Shown: positions 27,750-37,870 of the stretch, one piece after another
Numbering within the stretch: the stretch's first letter is position 1
How the letters are laid out: each line of letters opens with the position of its first letter
Assembly (NCBI GenBank): GCA_905198825.1
Contig: CAJKEF010000001.1
Location: 1-42,307, forward strand
DNA length: 42,307 bases
Direction of reading: 5' to 3'
From: an uncultured Collinsella sp.
GTDB lineage: Bacteria; Actinomycetota; Coriobacteriia; Coriobacteriales; Coriobacteriaceae
Notes under the pieces: generated by a model
Database searches by the model: none
What the model was told of the DNA's origin: nothing
The model's input: the letters and a program-made list of their open reading frames with translations, nothing else
Position numbers and translations under genes: made by a program

Positions 27750-28160
27750 CTAATAATGAGGACTGAAACCGTCTTCATTGGCAAGTGGGGCTCGGACCTG
27801 GGCGTCTACGAGGCGAAAACGCGTTCCCATGCGCTCGTAGGAGGCATGAAGCGCCTCGAGATGAGATAGGATGCTTGCCGGAGCTCCCTGTATCTCCATC
27901 TCGACTGAGCCGTCTTCCATGTTACGCACCCAGCCGGTGAGTGCGCGTGCCTGCGCGAGGTTGGTGTTGGTAAAGCGAAAACCAACGCCTTGGACTTGCC
28001 CCGTCCAGCGCAGGAAATAGCGCAGGGGAGTGTCTTGAGTGGCCTCGTCGCTTGCGAGTACGGTAAGCCTGCGGCGCAGCTCGAGCTCGACGTTTGATGG
28101 TTTTTGAGGCTCTCGACTGCCGCCGGTGACGCTGGAGAAGAACGTATCGAAGAGGCCCAT
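27750..28160 (-). CDS. Acylphosphatase family
   Basis: GQVQGVGFR, GWVRNMEDGSVE. Confidence 0.9.
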   Translation of the reverse strand: MGLFDTFFSSVTGGSREPQKPSNVELELRRRLTVLASDEATQDTPLRYFLRWTGQVQGVGFRFTNTNLAQARALTGWVRNMEDGSVEMEIQGAPASILSHLEALHASYERMGTRFRLVDAQVRAPLANEDGFSPHY

Positions 28161-28162
28161 CG

Positions 28163-29269
28163 CTATGCCTGCTTGCCTGCGTCGGCCGGGAAGGTTATGC
28201 CGGCCTGCTGACGCACGGCATCCATGATGCGCAGTGAGACGAGCGTGACATCGCGGTAGTGGCCGAGCTCGTGGCGTCCCGCCGGGGTCTCCCAGATTTC
28301 TTCCTTAACGTTATCGATGCCACCGATGGCGGTGATAAAGTCCGTGAGTTCGTATTCCATAGTGTTGCTTGATTTGGGCAGGTCGAGCGCGCGGCCGTTG
28401 TCGCCCTGTTCGCGCGGTGCCTCGGTCGCCGAGCCGCGTACGACGTCGCCGCGGTAGTCGATGCGTACGTTGCGGGGCGTGGACAGATGGTCAATCTGGA
28501 TGGTGCCACGCTCGCCTTCGATCTGCGAGGGCAGCAGGTCATTCGTAATTTTGGAGTGTGCGAGCTCGACGGAGATACGGCCACCGCCATAGCTGGCGAG
28601 AATGGAACCGCACCCGTCGATGGGGCCATGGGTGAGCTCTTGCGTTGAGGGGTCGAGCAGCGTGGTCATGCTGGTGAGACCGGAGGGCATGCCGAAGATT
28701 TCGACCATGGGCTCGACGGTGTAGACGCCAATGTCCATGAGGGAGCCCGAGGCCATGTGGCAGTCGAAGATATTGGTGGCGCGCCCCGCGAGGATTTCGT
28801 TGTAGCGTGAGGAATACTTGCCAAAGCGCAGCGAGGCGCGGCGAATGGGCGCAATTTCGCCCAGAGCGTTCTCAATGGCGTGGAAAGCGGGATCGTGAAG
28901 CGGGCGCATGGCCTCGAGAGCCACGACGCCAGCTGCCTCGGCAGCCCGGAAGACCTCGAGCGCTTGCGCCTCGGTGGCGCAGAAGGGCTTTTCGACGATA
29001 ACGTGCTTACCGCCGGCGATGCAGGCGAGCGCCTGCTCGTGATGGAGTGCGTTGGGGCTGCCGATGTAGACGGCATCGACGTCGTCGGCGGACGCGAGCT
29101 CGTTGAGTGCGGTGAAGTTGCGTTCGCCGCCGTGCTTAGCGGTGAAGGCGGCGCCGCGATCTGCATCGCGCGAGAGCGTACCCACAAACGCGGCTTGGTC
29201 GTTGGCGTTGACGACCTGGATAAAGTCGTCGGTAATCATGGATGTGCCGATGGTCGCTATACGCAGCAT
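28163..29269 (-). CDS. Gfo/Idh/MocA oxidoreductase
   Basis: IATIGTS, DAVYIGSPNALH, VEKP, GSLMDIGVY. Confidence 0.92.
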   Translation of the reverse strand: MLRIATIGTSMITDDFIQVVNANDQAAFVGTLSRDADRGAAFTAKHGGERNFTALNELASADDVDAVYIGSPNALHHEQALACIAGGKHVIVEKPFCATEAQALEVFRAAEAAGVVALEAMRPLHDPAFHAIENALGEIAPIRRASLRFGKYSSRYNEILAGRATNIFDCHMASGSLMDIGVYTVEPMVEIFGMPSGLTSMTTLLDPSTQELTHGPIDGCGSILASYGGGRISVELAHSKITNDLLPSQIEGERGTIQIDHLSTPRNVRIDYRGDVVRGSATEAPREQGDNGRALDLPKSSNTMEYELTDFITAIGGIDNVKEEIWETPAGRHELGHYRDVTLVSLRIMDAVRQQAGITFPADAGKQA

Positions 29270-29344
29270 GTATCCCCCTCGTGCCGTTCGGTTTACAGGA
29301 TGAGTGTAGCGCGAGGGGGCAAGAAATGGCGTGCGAAAACGCCG

Positions 29345-29830
29345 TTACAGGTCGCTCTCGTTAAAGCCGGTGTCGATATCGAGGTTGGCTCCGTCGGCCG
29401 CGGTGGTGGCGAGCTCGTCGCAGCGCTCATTGAGCTCGTGGCCGGCATGCCCCTTAACCCAGATGAACTCCACCTTATGCTTACTCTTTGCGGCAAGCAG
29501 GCGCTCCCATAGGTCGCGGTTCTTGACGGGCTGCTTGTTGGCAGTTTTCCATCCGCGCTTTTTCCAGCCGTCGATCCAGTGCTTGTTAAAGGCGTTGACG
29601 ACGTACTGCGAATCGGAATGGACTTCGACCTCGCAGGGGCGGTTGAGTGCCTCGAGCGCCACGATGACCGCCATGAGCTCCATGCGGTTGTTGGTGGTCT
29701 TGGCGTAGCCACGCGAAAGCTCGGAGGTGAAGGTCTTGCCGGCGGGGTTGGTGTATTTGAGCACGGCGCCGTAGCCACCGCGTCCCGGATTAGATCGAGC
29801 CGAGCCGTCGGTATAGATGATGACCTTCAC
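29345..29830 (-). CDS. rnhA: Ribonuclease HI
   Basis: [44 protein letters not shown] start with GAAAGGA RBS. Confidence 0.96.
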   Translation of the reverse strand: MKVIIYTDGSARSNPGRGGYGAVLKYTNPAGKTFTSELSRGYAKTTNNRMELMAVIVALEALNRPCEVEVHSDSQYVVNAFNKHWIDGWKKRGWKTANKQPVKNRDLWERLLAAKSKHKVEFIWVKGHAGHELNERCDELATTAADGANLDIDTGFNESDL

Positions 29831-29893
29831 ATGGTTCCTTTCGTTGGGTACGTTTCGTGTGAGTGACCATTGTAGCGCCATGCCCGTCGGGGG

Positions 29894-30832
29894 CTAGCAA
29901 TCTCCGATTTCTACCCCGTCTTCTGACGGTTGGTCGGCATGGATGATGCGGTTGAGTTCGTCGAGGTATTGCTGCAAGAGGGGAGAGGGCTTGCGATCGT
30001 CGTGCATGATATAGCCTACGTGCATCGTTGGGGCGTCTGCTAACGGGATCGAAGCCATACCCCATTGCATTTCATTGGAGAGGACACCGGTCGACAGGGT
30101 GTAACCGTTCGACGTGATAAGTAAGTTAGTAAGTGTTCCGCGGTCTGAGATTCGTATGTTGCGGTCGCAAGGGATATAGCTAAAGGGTTCCTCGGCGTAA
30201 TAGAAGGAGTTTGAGGTTCCCTGCTCAAAGCTGTAGCGCGTATAGGGCGTGAGGTCGGCAAGGGACAGCTGAGGGCGGCGTGCGAGCGGGTGGCGTTCGC
30301 TAACGAAGACGTGGACCGTCGCGTCGAAGAGGGGGTGGAAGCTCGCGCGGGCATCGGCGAAGGCCTTCTGCAGAACGCGGGCGTTAAAATCATCTAGATA
30401 CAGAATGCCGATATCGCTGCGAAATGCACGGACGTCGTCGATGATTTGCGAGGTGGTGGTCTCGCGCATGATGAACTCGAACTTGCTGTCGCGGCAGCGC
30501 TCGACGACGTTGACAAAGGCCTCGACCGAAAACGCGTAGTGTTGGGCCGAGATGGCAAGGCGCGCCTGGGGTGTACCGCCGTCCTCGTAGCGGGCCTCGA
30601 GCATGTCAGCCTGCTCCACGACCTGGCGCGCATAGCCTAAAAGCTCGGTACCGTCGTTGGTGAGCGTGACGCCGCGGCTAGAGCGCGTAAAGATCTCCAG
30701 ATGGAGCTCCTGTTCCAGGCTTTTGACGGCGTTTGAGATGTTGGACTGAGCGGTATAGAGGCGCTGAGCTGCGGCGTTGATTGAGCCGGACTCTGCCACG
30801 GCGATCAGAAAACGAAGCTGTTGGAGGGTCAT
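29894..30832 (-). CDS. LysR regulator, CmbR/MtaR-like (sulfur amino-acid control)
   Basis: MTLQQLR HTH; ISAQHYAF and SDRGTL segments resemble streptococcal CmbR/MtaR; divergent from metY. Confidence 0.9.
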   Translation of the reverse strand: MTLQQLRFLIAVAESGSINAAAQRLYTAQSNISNAVKSLEQELHLEIFTRSSRGVTLTNDGTELLGYARQVVEQADMLEARYEDGGTPQARLAISAQHYAFSVEAFVNVVERCRDSKFEFIMRETTTSQIIDDVRAFRSDIGILYLDDFNARVLQKAFADARASFHPLFDATVHVFVSERHPLARRPQLSLADLTPYTRYSFEQGTSNSFYYAEEPFSYIPCDRNIRISDRGTLTNLLITSNGYTLSTGVLSNEMQWGMASIPLADAPTMHVGYIMHDDRKPSPLLQQYLDELNRIIHADQPSEDGVEIGDC

Positions 30833-30854
30833 CGGCGCCCGTCCTTTCGATAGC

Positions 30855-30871
30855 TATCTAAAAAACAGATA
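30855..30871. promoter_or_regulatory. Candidate LysR binding site
   Basis: TATCT-N7-AGATA palindrome, same geometry as TATAG-N7-CTATA MetR/MtaR-type boxes, between the divergent genes. Confidence 0.6.
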
Positions 30872-30991
30872 ACAGGTTAGCGCTTTTAAGTGATTGACCG
30901 AGCGAAACAATGCTCGTACTATTCAAAACACACAAAGGAGGTAGGTAATTAAGCCGACCACGAGAACGGGATGTCAAAAGGAGGCCCGCAT

Positions 30992-31045
30992 ATGAATTGC
31001 TTACTAAGACGAATGCCGGGCTCCTGTTTGCGCCCGTCGGCGTGA
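30992..31045 (+). CDS. Candidate 17-aa leader peptide MNCLLRRMPGSCLRPSA
   Basis: AAAAGGAGG RBS 7 nt before ATG; lies in the metY leader. Confidence 0.4.
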   Translation: MNCLLRRMPGSCLRPSA

Positions 31046-31107
31046 TCAGGAGACAGCGACTTACTTCTCTTACTCTTATTTACTTCTATCTGATCAAGGA
31101 GATCATC

Positions 31108-32418
31108 ATGAGCCAGTTCATCAACAACCCCGAGCATACCTTTGGTTTCGATACCCTGCAGCTGCACGTTGGCCAGGAGAGCGCCGATCCTGCATCCGAC
31201 TCCCGTGCCGTGCCTATCTACCAGACCACGAGCTATGTGTTCCGCAACTCCCAGCATGCTGCTGACCGCTTTGGTCTTGCCGACGCCGGTAACATCTACG
31301 GTCGTCTGACCAACTCCACCCAAGGCGTCTTCGAGGACCGCATTGCCGCGCTCGAGGGCGGCGTGGCGGGTCTTGCCGTCGCCTCCGGTGCTGCTGCCAT
31401 CACCTATACCCTGCAGGCTCTTGCCCAGGCCGGTGACCACGTGGTCGCCCAGAAGACCATCTACGGCGGTTCCTACAACCTGCTGGAGCACACGCTCTCC
31501 CAGTTTGGCGTCGAGACCACCTTCGTCGATGCCCATAACCTGGACGAGGTCGAGGGTGCCATCAAGGACAACACCACGGTCATTTACCTCGAGACGCTCG
31601 GTAACCCCAACTCCGATATTCCCAACATCGACGCTATCTCCGAGGTCGCCAAGAAGCATGGCCTTCCGGTTGTTGTCGATAACACCTTCGGCACCCCGTA
31701 CCTCTTCCGTCCGCTGGAGCACGGCGCCAACATCGTCGTCCACTCCGCAACCAAGTTCATCGGCGGCCACGGCACCTCGCTGGGCGGTGTGATTGTCGAT
31801 GGCGGCAACTTTGACTGGAAGGCGAGCGGCAAGTATGCGCAGATCGCCGAGCCCAACCCCTCCTACCATGGCGTCTCGTTTGCCGAGGCTGCCGGTCCCG
31901 CCGCCTTCGCGACCTATGTCCGCGCCATCCTGCTGCGTGACGAGGGCGCTTGCATCAGCCCGTTTAACGCCTGGGTCCTGCTCCAGGGCACCGAGACCCT
32001 GTCGCTGCGCGTCGACCGCCATGTCGAGAACACCAAGAAGGTCGTTGAGTTCCTTGCCGGCGACAGCCACGTTGCCAAGGTGAACCACCCGAGCCTGCCC
32101 GAGCACCCCGATCACGAGCTCTATCAGAAGTACTTCCCCCGCGGCGGCGCTTCGATCTTCACCTTCGAGATCAAGGGTGGTCAGGAGGCTGCCTGGAAGT
32201 TCATCGACCACCTGCAGGTCTTCTCGCTGCTCGCCAACGTGGCCGACGTCAAGTCGCTCGTCGTGCACCCGGCTACCACCACGCACTCCCAGCTCTCTTC
32301 CGAGGAGCTTGCCGAGCAGAACATTACGCCCTCCACGATTCGACTTTCCATCGGTACCGAGAACGCCGAGGACATCATTTGGGATCTGAAGCAGGCCTTT
32401 GCCGCACTGGACGAGTAG
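31108..32418 (+). CDS. metY: O-acetylhomoserine sulfhydrylase / cysteine synthase family
   Basis: AVPIYQTTSY, IYGRLTN, ASGAAA, HSATKFIGGHG (PLP Lys), LANVADVKSLVVHPATTTH; AAGGAG RBS. Confidence 0.95.
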   Translation: MSQFINNPEHTFGFDTLQLHVGQESADPASDSRAVPIYQTTSYVFRNSQHAADRFGLADAGNIYGRLTNSTQGVFEDRIAALEGGVAGLAVASGAAAITYTLQALAQAGDHVVAQKTIYGGSYNLLEHTLSQFGVETTFVDAHNLDEVEGAIKDNTTVIYLETLGNPNSDIPNIDAISEVAKKHGLPVVVDNTFGTPYLFRPLEHGANIVVHSATKFIGGHGTSLGGVIVDGGNFDWKASGKYAQIAEPNPSYHGVSFAEAAGPAAFATYVRAILLRDEGACISPFNAWVLLQGTETLSLRVDRHVENTKKVVEFLAGDSHVAKVNHPSLPEHPDHELYQKYFPRGGASIFTFEIKGGQEAAWKFIDHLQVFSLLANVADVKSLVVHPATTTHSQLSSEELAEQNITPSTIRLSIGTENAEDIIWDLKQAFAALDE

Positions 32419-32477
32419 GGCGACTTGTGCAAGGACCCCTTGCGACTCGATAGGTATAACTGCATAAAATGCCTGCT

Positions 32478-32520
32478 CAAGGCGCCTGTGCGAACAATGG
32501 TCGCACAGGCGCCTTTTTTG
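32478..32520 (+). terminator. Rho-independent terminator after metY
   Basis: AAGGCGCCTGTGCGA/TCGCACAGGCGCCTT plus T-run. Confidence 0.8.
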
Positions 32521-32730
32521 CATAGAGAGGGTGCAAAAACAGGGTTTTTGGCACGCTTTATGCATTCGAGTTGTGGAAAACTCCTGTTGAGAGGATGTGA
32601 GTTTTACGCAATTGACGTGCGCCTTTTGAGTAAAACCGCAGGTCGCGATTTGCTCGGGGTACTATGCAGCGCGATCGAATCACACACAGCTCAAACGCAG
32701 CAAAAACGCACTACGGAGGTTTCCAGCTAC

Positions 32731-33507
32731 ATGAGGATCGATTCACGAAAACCGAAGGCCGCCGCCCTTTCTGCCACGCTTGCCGTGGCGCTTTTGGTGG
32801 GTGCCGGCGTAACCGAGGCCCACGCGGCGACGCTGTCCGACGCGGTTGGGTCCGCGCCCTCCGAGACCACGTTGATGCAGCCCGTCGATTATCGCGGCGA
32901 CGGTTTTGGCTCCATGCAGGAGTGGAACGCCTCCATGGGGGCCAAGCGCGACTCTTTGGAAGTTCGCGCTCAAATTATCATGAACATGTATGGCGACTAT
33001 GCCACCGATGACGAGCGCGCCGTGCTTCAAGAATGCATCGACGGTGCGGGTAGCCTGCTGACGATGGGGGAGGTCGACGCCAAGTCGACCGAGCTCGACG
33101 AGCTTCGCTCTACGCTTGAGGATGCCAAGCGCGAGGCGCTCGAGGCTGCCGCGGCCAAAGCCGAGGCTGCTGAGGCCGTTCAGGCTTCGTATTACAATGC
33201 CGGCTCCGGCTCGTCTTACGCGTCTGCTGCGTATTACGCGAACGGCTCGGGCCTGACGCGTTCGAGCGGCGTCAATAACTATAATGGCCGCCGCGAGACT
33301 TATTACAGCAGCAACGTGTTGTATCACCACCGCACGGGCGAATGGACGCAGGATTCCGAGGGCTTTTGGCGCGATTCTGATGGTTACTACGTCGTGGCCG
33401 CGGGCGATAAGGCTCAGGGCTCCACGTTTACCGGTTCCAAGGGCGAGTGCAAGGTCTATGACTCCGGCTGCGCAGCCGGAACCACCGACTACTACACTGG
33501 CTGGTAG
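32731..33507 (+). CDS. Secreted hypothetical protein (signal peptide, coiled coil, Tyr/Gly-rich C-terminal domain)
   Basis: GGAGG RBS; basic N-terminus, hydrophobic core, AHA cleavage motif. Confidence 0.8.
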   Translation: MRIDSRKPKAAALSATLAVALLVGAGVTEAHAATLSDAVGSAPSETTLMQPVDYRGDGFGSMQEWNASMGAKRDSLEVRAQIIMNMYGDYATDDERAVLQECIDGAGSLLTMGEVDAKSTELDELRSTLEDAKREALEAAAAKAEAAEAVQASYYNAGSGSSYASAAYYANGSGLTRSSGVNNYNGRRETYYSSNVLYHHRTGEWTQDSEGFWRDSDGYYVVAAGDKAQGSTFTGSKGECKVYDSGCAAGTTDYYTGW

Positions 33508-33693
33508 TTTTTCTGCATCACGGATATTTGGCGGACGGGCGTCTATACCGAGCTTTAGGGCAACGTAAGGACGCCCGTTCTATGTATGCGTTTGAGTTAA
33601 CAGAGCGCTTACCGTGGCAGTACGCCGCGCATATGGGCACGGGGCACACTAAGTCACGAGAAACAAAGTCTTTCTCGTGGAGGAAGTGGTTCC

Positions 33694-33912
33694 ATGAACG
33701 CTCGAGATGTCGCTATTGCCGTCGTTGCCCTTTTGATCGGATGCCTTGGTCCGACGGCGGCGCTAACTGCCGGCTTGCAGTCCGATACGGGCGCCGCTCC
33801 TGTGATTGTGGGCGCCTTGATTGCAGCGGCGCTGCTGGGAAGCGCCGGCGTGCTGCTTTGCCGCGATGACGAGGACGAGGTTCCGGAATCGCAAAATAAG
33901 CCTCAGTTTTAG
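33694..33912 (+). CDS. Small two-TM membrane protein
   Basis: GGAGG upstream; two hydrophobic segments and an acidic tail. Confidence 0.6.
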   Translation: MNARDVAIAVVALLIGCLGPTAALTAGLQSDTGAAPVIVGALIAAALLGSAGVLLCRDDEDEVPESQNKPQF

Positions 33913-34003
33913 CCTCGAGCTAAATGCAACAGGCCTTCGCGAATGACGGAATCCTCGCGAAGGCCTGTCTGCTTGTATTGCGCACATCGCGATGCGGCCG
34001 AGG

Positions 34004-34926
34004 CTACCAGCTGCTTTCTATTTCGCGAATCCTCTGGTAGAGCCACTCGTTTTGCGGCACTTGGATATCGTGTTTGGCTGCGAGGCGGCAAATGGTGCCC
34101 GCGAACTCCTCGACTTCGGTTTTGCGCTTTGCGATGCGGTCTTGCGCCATCGAGGGCATACCGGCGGGGTCGATTCCCTCGATGAGATGAGCCATCTGCG
34201 TCAGGTCTGCCTCGGTCAGCTCAACGCCCTCGGCGTTGGCGACCGCAAGCGTTTCGCGCATGGCGGAAACAAAGCAGCGGCGCTGCTCGGAGCCCGGCTC
34301 CGTGGCGCTTCCGTAGGTCCCGCCGTAGGCCATACAGGTCTGGTTGATGCCGTCGTTGAGCATGAGTTTGGCCCACATGCGGTGCGCAATGACGCTCTCG
34401 ACGGTATGGGCGATGCCGCAGCGCGTGTAGAGCTCGTCGATGGCGGTGACGGTTGCGGGCTCGGTGCCCGCTGCCGCGCCAAAGCGGATTTCGCCGGTGT
34501 TGGTAAAGGTGAGCTCTCCGTTGAGGAACACAGCGTCCATGCCCTGGCAAATACCAAGAACGGTATGCTCCCAGCCAAAGCGCTCGGCAATCTTTTGCTC
34601 GCTCGTGATGCCGTTGCATAGTGAGGCGATGAGCGTGTTGGGTCCCACGACTCGCTCCATAGTCTTGAGCGCCACATCGAGTCCAGTCGTCTTGACTGTA
34701 AGAATGACCAGATCGGCGGGCGTTGCCTCGCTGGCGCGGACGGACGTGAGATTGCAGGGCTCGCCGTTGACGGTGAGCGCGTCGTTCGCGTGACGCTCAA
34801 AACGGGCGTCATCCATACGTATTCGACGGCGTCGTTGCCGAGCGCCCTGGCAATCATGTTGCCGTAGAGCAGGCCGACGCCACCCTTGCCGATAAAGGCG
34901 ACCTTGTTGATCTGCACGTGAATCAT
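34004..34926 (-). pseudogene. Ketopantoate reductase (PanE/ApbA family), split by a frameshift near 34817-34820
   Basis: N-terminal KVAFIGKGGVG in one frame; ILTVK, SLCNGI, MWAKLMLN, SMAQD, TEVEEFAG in another. Confidence 0.8.
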
Positions 34927-35040
34927 CTCCCCATATAAAAGGCGCCCGCGTAAGGGGCGCCTGATGGATTGTATGCCGCCAGAGTGATGGGTGAGCACGC
35001 GGGGCTGCTGTTATGAAAAAGAAACTTTTGCGCTGTGCGC

Positions 35041-35244
35041 TTATACCGCAGGGCAGACCGCGAAAACGCGTGCGGGATATCCAACGCCATCGCGGACCTT
35101 GGGGAAGGTGCAGAAGATGACGGCGCCCGTGGCGGGAAGCTCGTCCAGATGGTCCATGACCACGATTTGGTAACGGTCGACCGAGAGGATGTACTGCTCG
35201 CCGGGGTAGGGGTAGGCGTCCTCACGCGTGGTCACGCTTGCCAC
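35041..35244 (-). pseudogene. C-terminal remnant of a cyclase/kynurenine formamidase family gene
   Basis: HLDELPATGA...PKVRDGVGYPARVFA is a typical cyclase C-terminus; the N-terminal HxGTHxD region is absent. Confidence 0.7.
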
Positions 35245-35397
35245 CTTTCATCGGGCTTTTTGCTGATGTTAAAGCGGTGTCGTGACGGCTCGATTTCTGC
35301 TACGTTACGATACGTTCTCGATTGCGATTCCAATGTGTTTCGACGGCGTGGCCGTTGTGTTTCGCCTCATTAGGGCTTCGAGGGGAGAGGAGGGGCA

Positions 35398-36588
35398 GTG
35401 CAATATCGCGTTGACCCCAAAAGCGGCAACCGTATCTCGGCGCTGGGGCTGGGTTGCATGAGGTTTCCCGGTGCGCCGGGACACCCCGATGCGAAGACGG
35501 CCGATGCCATCATTTCCCGTGCGGTGGAGCAAGGGATAACCTATCTGGACACGGCCTATCTCTACCCCGGTAACGAAGCTTGTGTGGGAGCTTCGCTTGA
35601 GCGCCTGGGTCTGCGCGACCAGATTTTGCTCGCGACCAAGTTGCCGCACGCTTCGTGCAAATGTGCGGAGGATTTCGACCGCTTTTTTGACGAGCAGCTG
35701 CGCCGTTTGCGGACTGACCATATCGACTACTACCTCATGCACAACATCACCTCGCCCGCGCAGTGGGAGCGCGTGGCAGTGTTGGGTATCGAGGATTGGA
35801 TTGCGCACCAAAAGGCTGCGGGGCGTATTCGCCAGATAGGTTTTTCGTACCACGGCAGTGCGGCGGACTTCCTCACGATGCTTGACGCGTATGACTGGGA
35901 CTTTTGCCAGATCCAGTACAACTACGCTGGAGAGCGCTACCAAGCGGGAACGGCGGGACTCATGGCGGCTGCGGAGAGCGGGCTCGCGGTGTTTGTGATG
36001 GAACCGCTTTTGGGTGGACGCCTGGCGGGCAAGCTGCCTCCGCGGGCCCGCGCCGTGCTCGATGACGTACGCGATCCGTATCTGAAGACGCCGGCTGCTT
36101 GGGGCCTTTCGTGGGTGTGGAACCATCCTCAAGTCACGATGCTGCTTTCGGGCATGACCGATACCGCGCAGGTGGATGAGAACGCGGCATTGGCGGATCG
36201 CGCACTGCCGGATTCGATGACGACAGAGCAGCTCGATACCATCGCGCGTGTGCTGGGAGAGTTTGAGAAATCGAATCGCGTGCCCTGTACGGGGTGCGGC
36301 TACTGCATGCCGTGCCCCAAGGGCATCAATATTCCCGGTTGCTTTGGCGCCTACAACGCGAGCTACGCACATAGTTGGTTTACGGGGCTGTCTCAATACT
36401 TTACGGCGAGCGCGGTACGCACAAGCGAGCCCAAGTTGGTGAGCAATTGCGTCAAATGCGGCAAATGCGCGCGGCACTGCCCGCAGCACATCGATATCCC
36501 CGGGCGCTTGGACGACGTACGCAGCCGTTTTCAGCCTGGCCCCGTGACGGCGGTGCTTAAGGCCTTCGGCAAAACGCGCTCCTCATGA
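35398..36588 (+). CDS. Aldo/keto reductase with C-terminal Fe-S (ferredoxin-like) domain
   Basis: LGLGCMRF, DTAYLY, ATKLP, IDYYLMH; CTGCGYCMPCP and CVKCGKCARHCPQ. Confidence 0.93.
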   Translation: MQYRVDPKSGNRISALGLGCMRFPGAPGHPDAKTADAIISRAVEQGITYLDTAYLYPGNEACVGASLERLGLRDQILLATKLPHASCKCAEDFDRFFDEQLRRLRTDHIDYYLMHNITSPAQWERVAVLGIEDWIAHQKAAGRIRQIGFSYHGSAADFLTMLDAYDWDFCQIQYNYAGERYQAGTAGLMAAAESGLAVFVMEPLLGGRLAGKLPPRARAVLDDVRDPYLKTPAAWGLSWVWNHPQVTMLLSGMTDTAQVDENAALADRALPDSMTTEQLDTIARVLGEFEKSNRVPCTGCGYCMPCPKGINIPGCFGAYNASYAHSWFTGLSQYFTASAVRTSEPKLVSNCVKCGKCARHCPQHIDIPGRLDDVRSRFQPGPVTAVLKAFGKTRSS

Positions 36589-36667
36589 CCCTTTTATAAC
36601 TTGCGGTGGAATAGTTCCTGTTTGCGGCAGAATAGGGGCCAAGCAGGAACTATTCCACCGCAACTGA
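36589..36667. repeat. About 80-bp palindromic repeat, copy 1
   Basis: TTGCGGTGGAATAGTTCCTG/CAGGAACTATTCCACCGCAA perfect 20-bp arms; near-identical to 37776-37854. Confidence 0.9.
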
Positions 36668-36678
36668 AGGGGGCTGTC

Positions 36679-37698
36679 GTGGGCCATCGGGATTCATGTG
36701 ATGATTTACGTGGGGTTCGTTGGGGCGTTTTGGGCGCTGGGCGCATTTCGCATCGATTTGCATCGTCGCTCAAGGAGGTGGACGGGGCACGGCTTGTGGC
36801 TGCCGCCGGTCGCACTCCTTCGCATGTTGAGGAGTTTTGCGGGGCGTTTTCGATTGATGCCGCGCACAGTTATGCCACCGCTGACGATAGCGGCGATGCG
36901 GCTTATGATGCGCTGATTGCCGACCCCGATGTCGACGCAATTTACTTGGCTCTTCCACATGGCATGCATGCGCATTGGGTCTGTCGGGCACTGCGCGCGG
37001 GAAAGGCCGTGCTGTGCGAAAAGCCGGCCGTTTTGAATGAAGAAGAGGCCCATGCGATCGCCTCCGTTTCCCGTGAGTGCGGTGTGCCGTTTATGGAGGC
37101 GATGAAAAATCGGTTTTGCCCGATGCGCACTCGCGTGAAGGACTTGCTTGCGTCGGGCGAGCTCGGCCGTATCGTCTCGATTGAAAGCGTGCAAAAACTC
37201 GATTATGGTGAGCCCCCTTCGAGTTATCTGCTCGACCCGTTGCAGGGTGGTTGTCTATATGACATGGGCTGCTATGCGGTCGGGTGGTTTGAGGATCTAC
37301 TTGCGGGTGCGTGCGATGTTTCGTCTCGTGAAGTTCGCTGGCGTGACGTATCGGGCGGCCACGTGGATTGGGCCGACGAGATCCGTATGAGCGTCGGCGG
37401 CATACCCATTCATATGGTGTGCGACGGCAAAGCAGCATATGAAAGCCGTTTGACGATTGCCTGCGAGCGGGGCTCGTTGGAAATCGAGCGCCTCCATCGC
37501 CCCGAGCTCGCCCATGTGAAGTACTCCGACGGACGAATGCTCGAAATAAATGCTCCGTTTGGGGTCGATGATTTCTACGGCGAAATCCAGCATGCGACCC
37601 AGCTCATCCGGGCGGGGAAACTCGAGAGTCCCGTTATGCCCCTTGCCGCCACACAGCGCTGTGCGCGTATTATCGATGCAATCCGTCTGGCCCTCTAG
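36679..37698 (+). CDS. Gfo/Idh/MocA oxidoreductase
   Basis: WGVLGAGRI, DAIYLALPH, CEKP, GGCLYDMGCY; start moved to GTG 36679, downstream of the repeat. Confidence 0.9.
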   Translation: MGHRDSCDDLRGVRWGVLGAGRISHRFASSLKEVDGARLVAAAGRTPSHVEEFCGAFSIDAAHSYATADDSGDAAYDALIADPDVDAIYLALPHGMHAHWVCRALRAGKAVLCEKPAVLNEEEAHAIASVSRECGVPFMEAMKNRFCPMRTRVKDLLASGELGRIVSIESVQKLDYGEPPSSYLLDPLQGGCLYDMGCYAVGWFEDLLAGACDVSSREVRWRDVSGGHVDWADEIRMSVGGIPIHMVCDGKAAYESRLTIACERGSLEIERLHRPELAHVKYSDGRMLEINAPFGVDDFYGEIQHATQLIRAGKLESPVMPLAATQRCARIIDAIRLAL

Positions 37699-37775
37699 GA
37701 CTTGGCGCTGACGCGTAGGGGATCATGACGCTGGCGCCCGTAGCCATAGTGCTTGGTGGCCTGCATCTCTGATGC

Positions 37776-37854
37776 CCCTTTTATAAGTTGCGGTGGAATA
37801 GTTCCTGTTTGCGGCAGAATAGGGGCGAAACAGGAACTATTCCACCGCAACTGA
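37776..37854. repeat. About 80-bp palindromic repeat, copy 2
   Basis: Direct repeat of 36589-36667 with few substitutions. Confidence 0.9.
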
Positions 37855-37870
37855 TGAGGGGGAGCTGGAG

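Noticed and set aside
30880..31107. SAM riboswitch or T-box before metY
   Set aside because: Consensus elements not recognisable by eye; an Rfam scan is needed to exclude them fully
33929..33969. Novel ncRNA hairpin
   Set aside because: Simple inverted repeat between convergent genes; a terminator explains it
36589..37854. CRISPR array
   Set aside because: Only two units, about 80 bp long and 1.1 kb apart with a gene between; no cas genes
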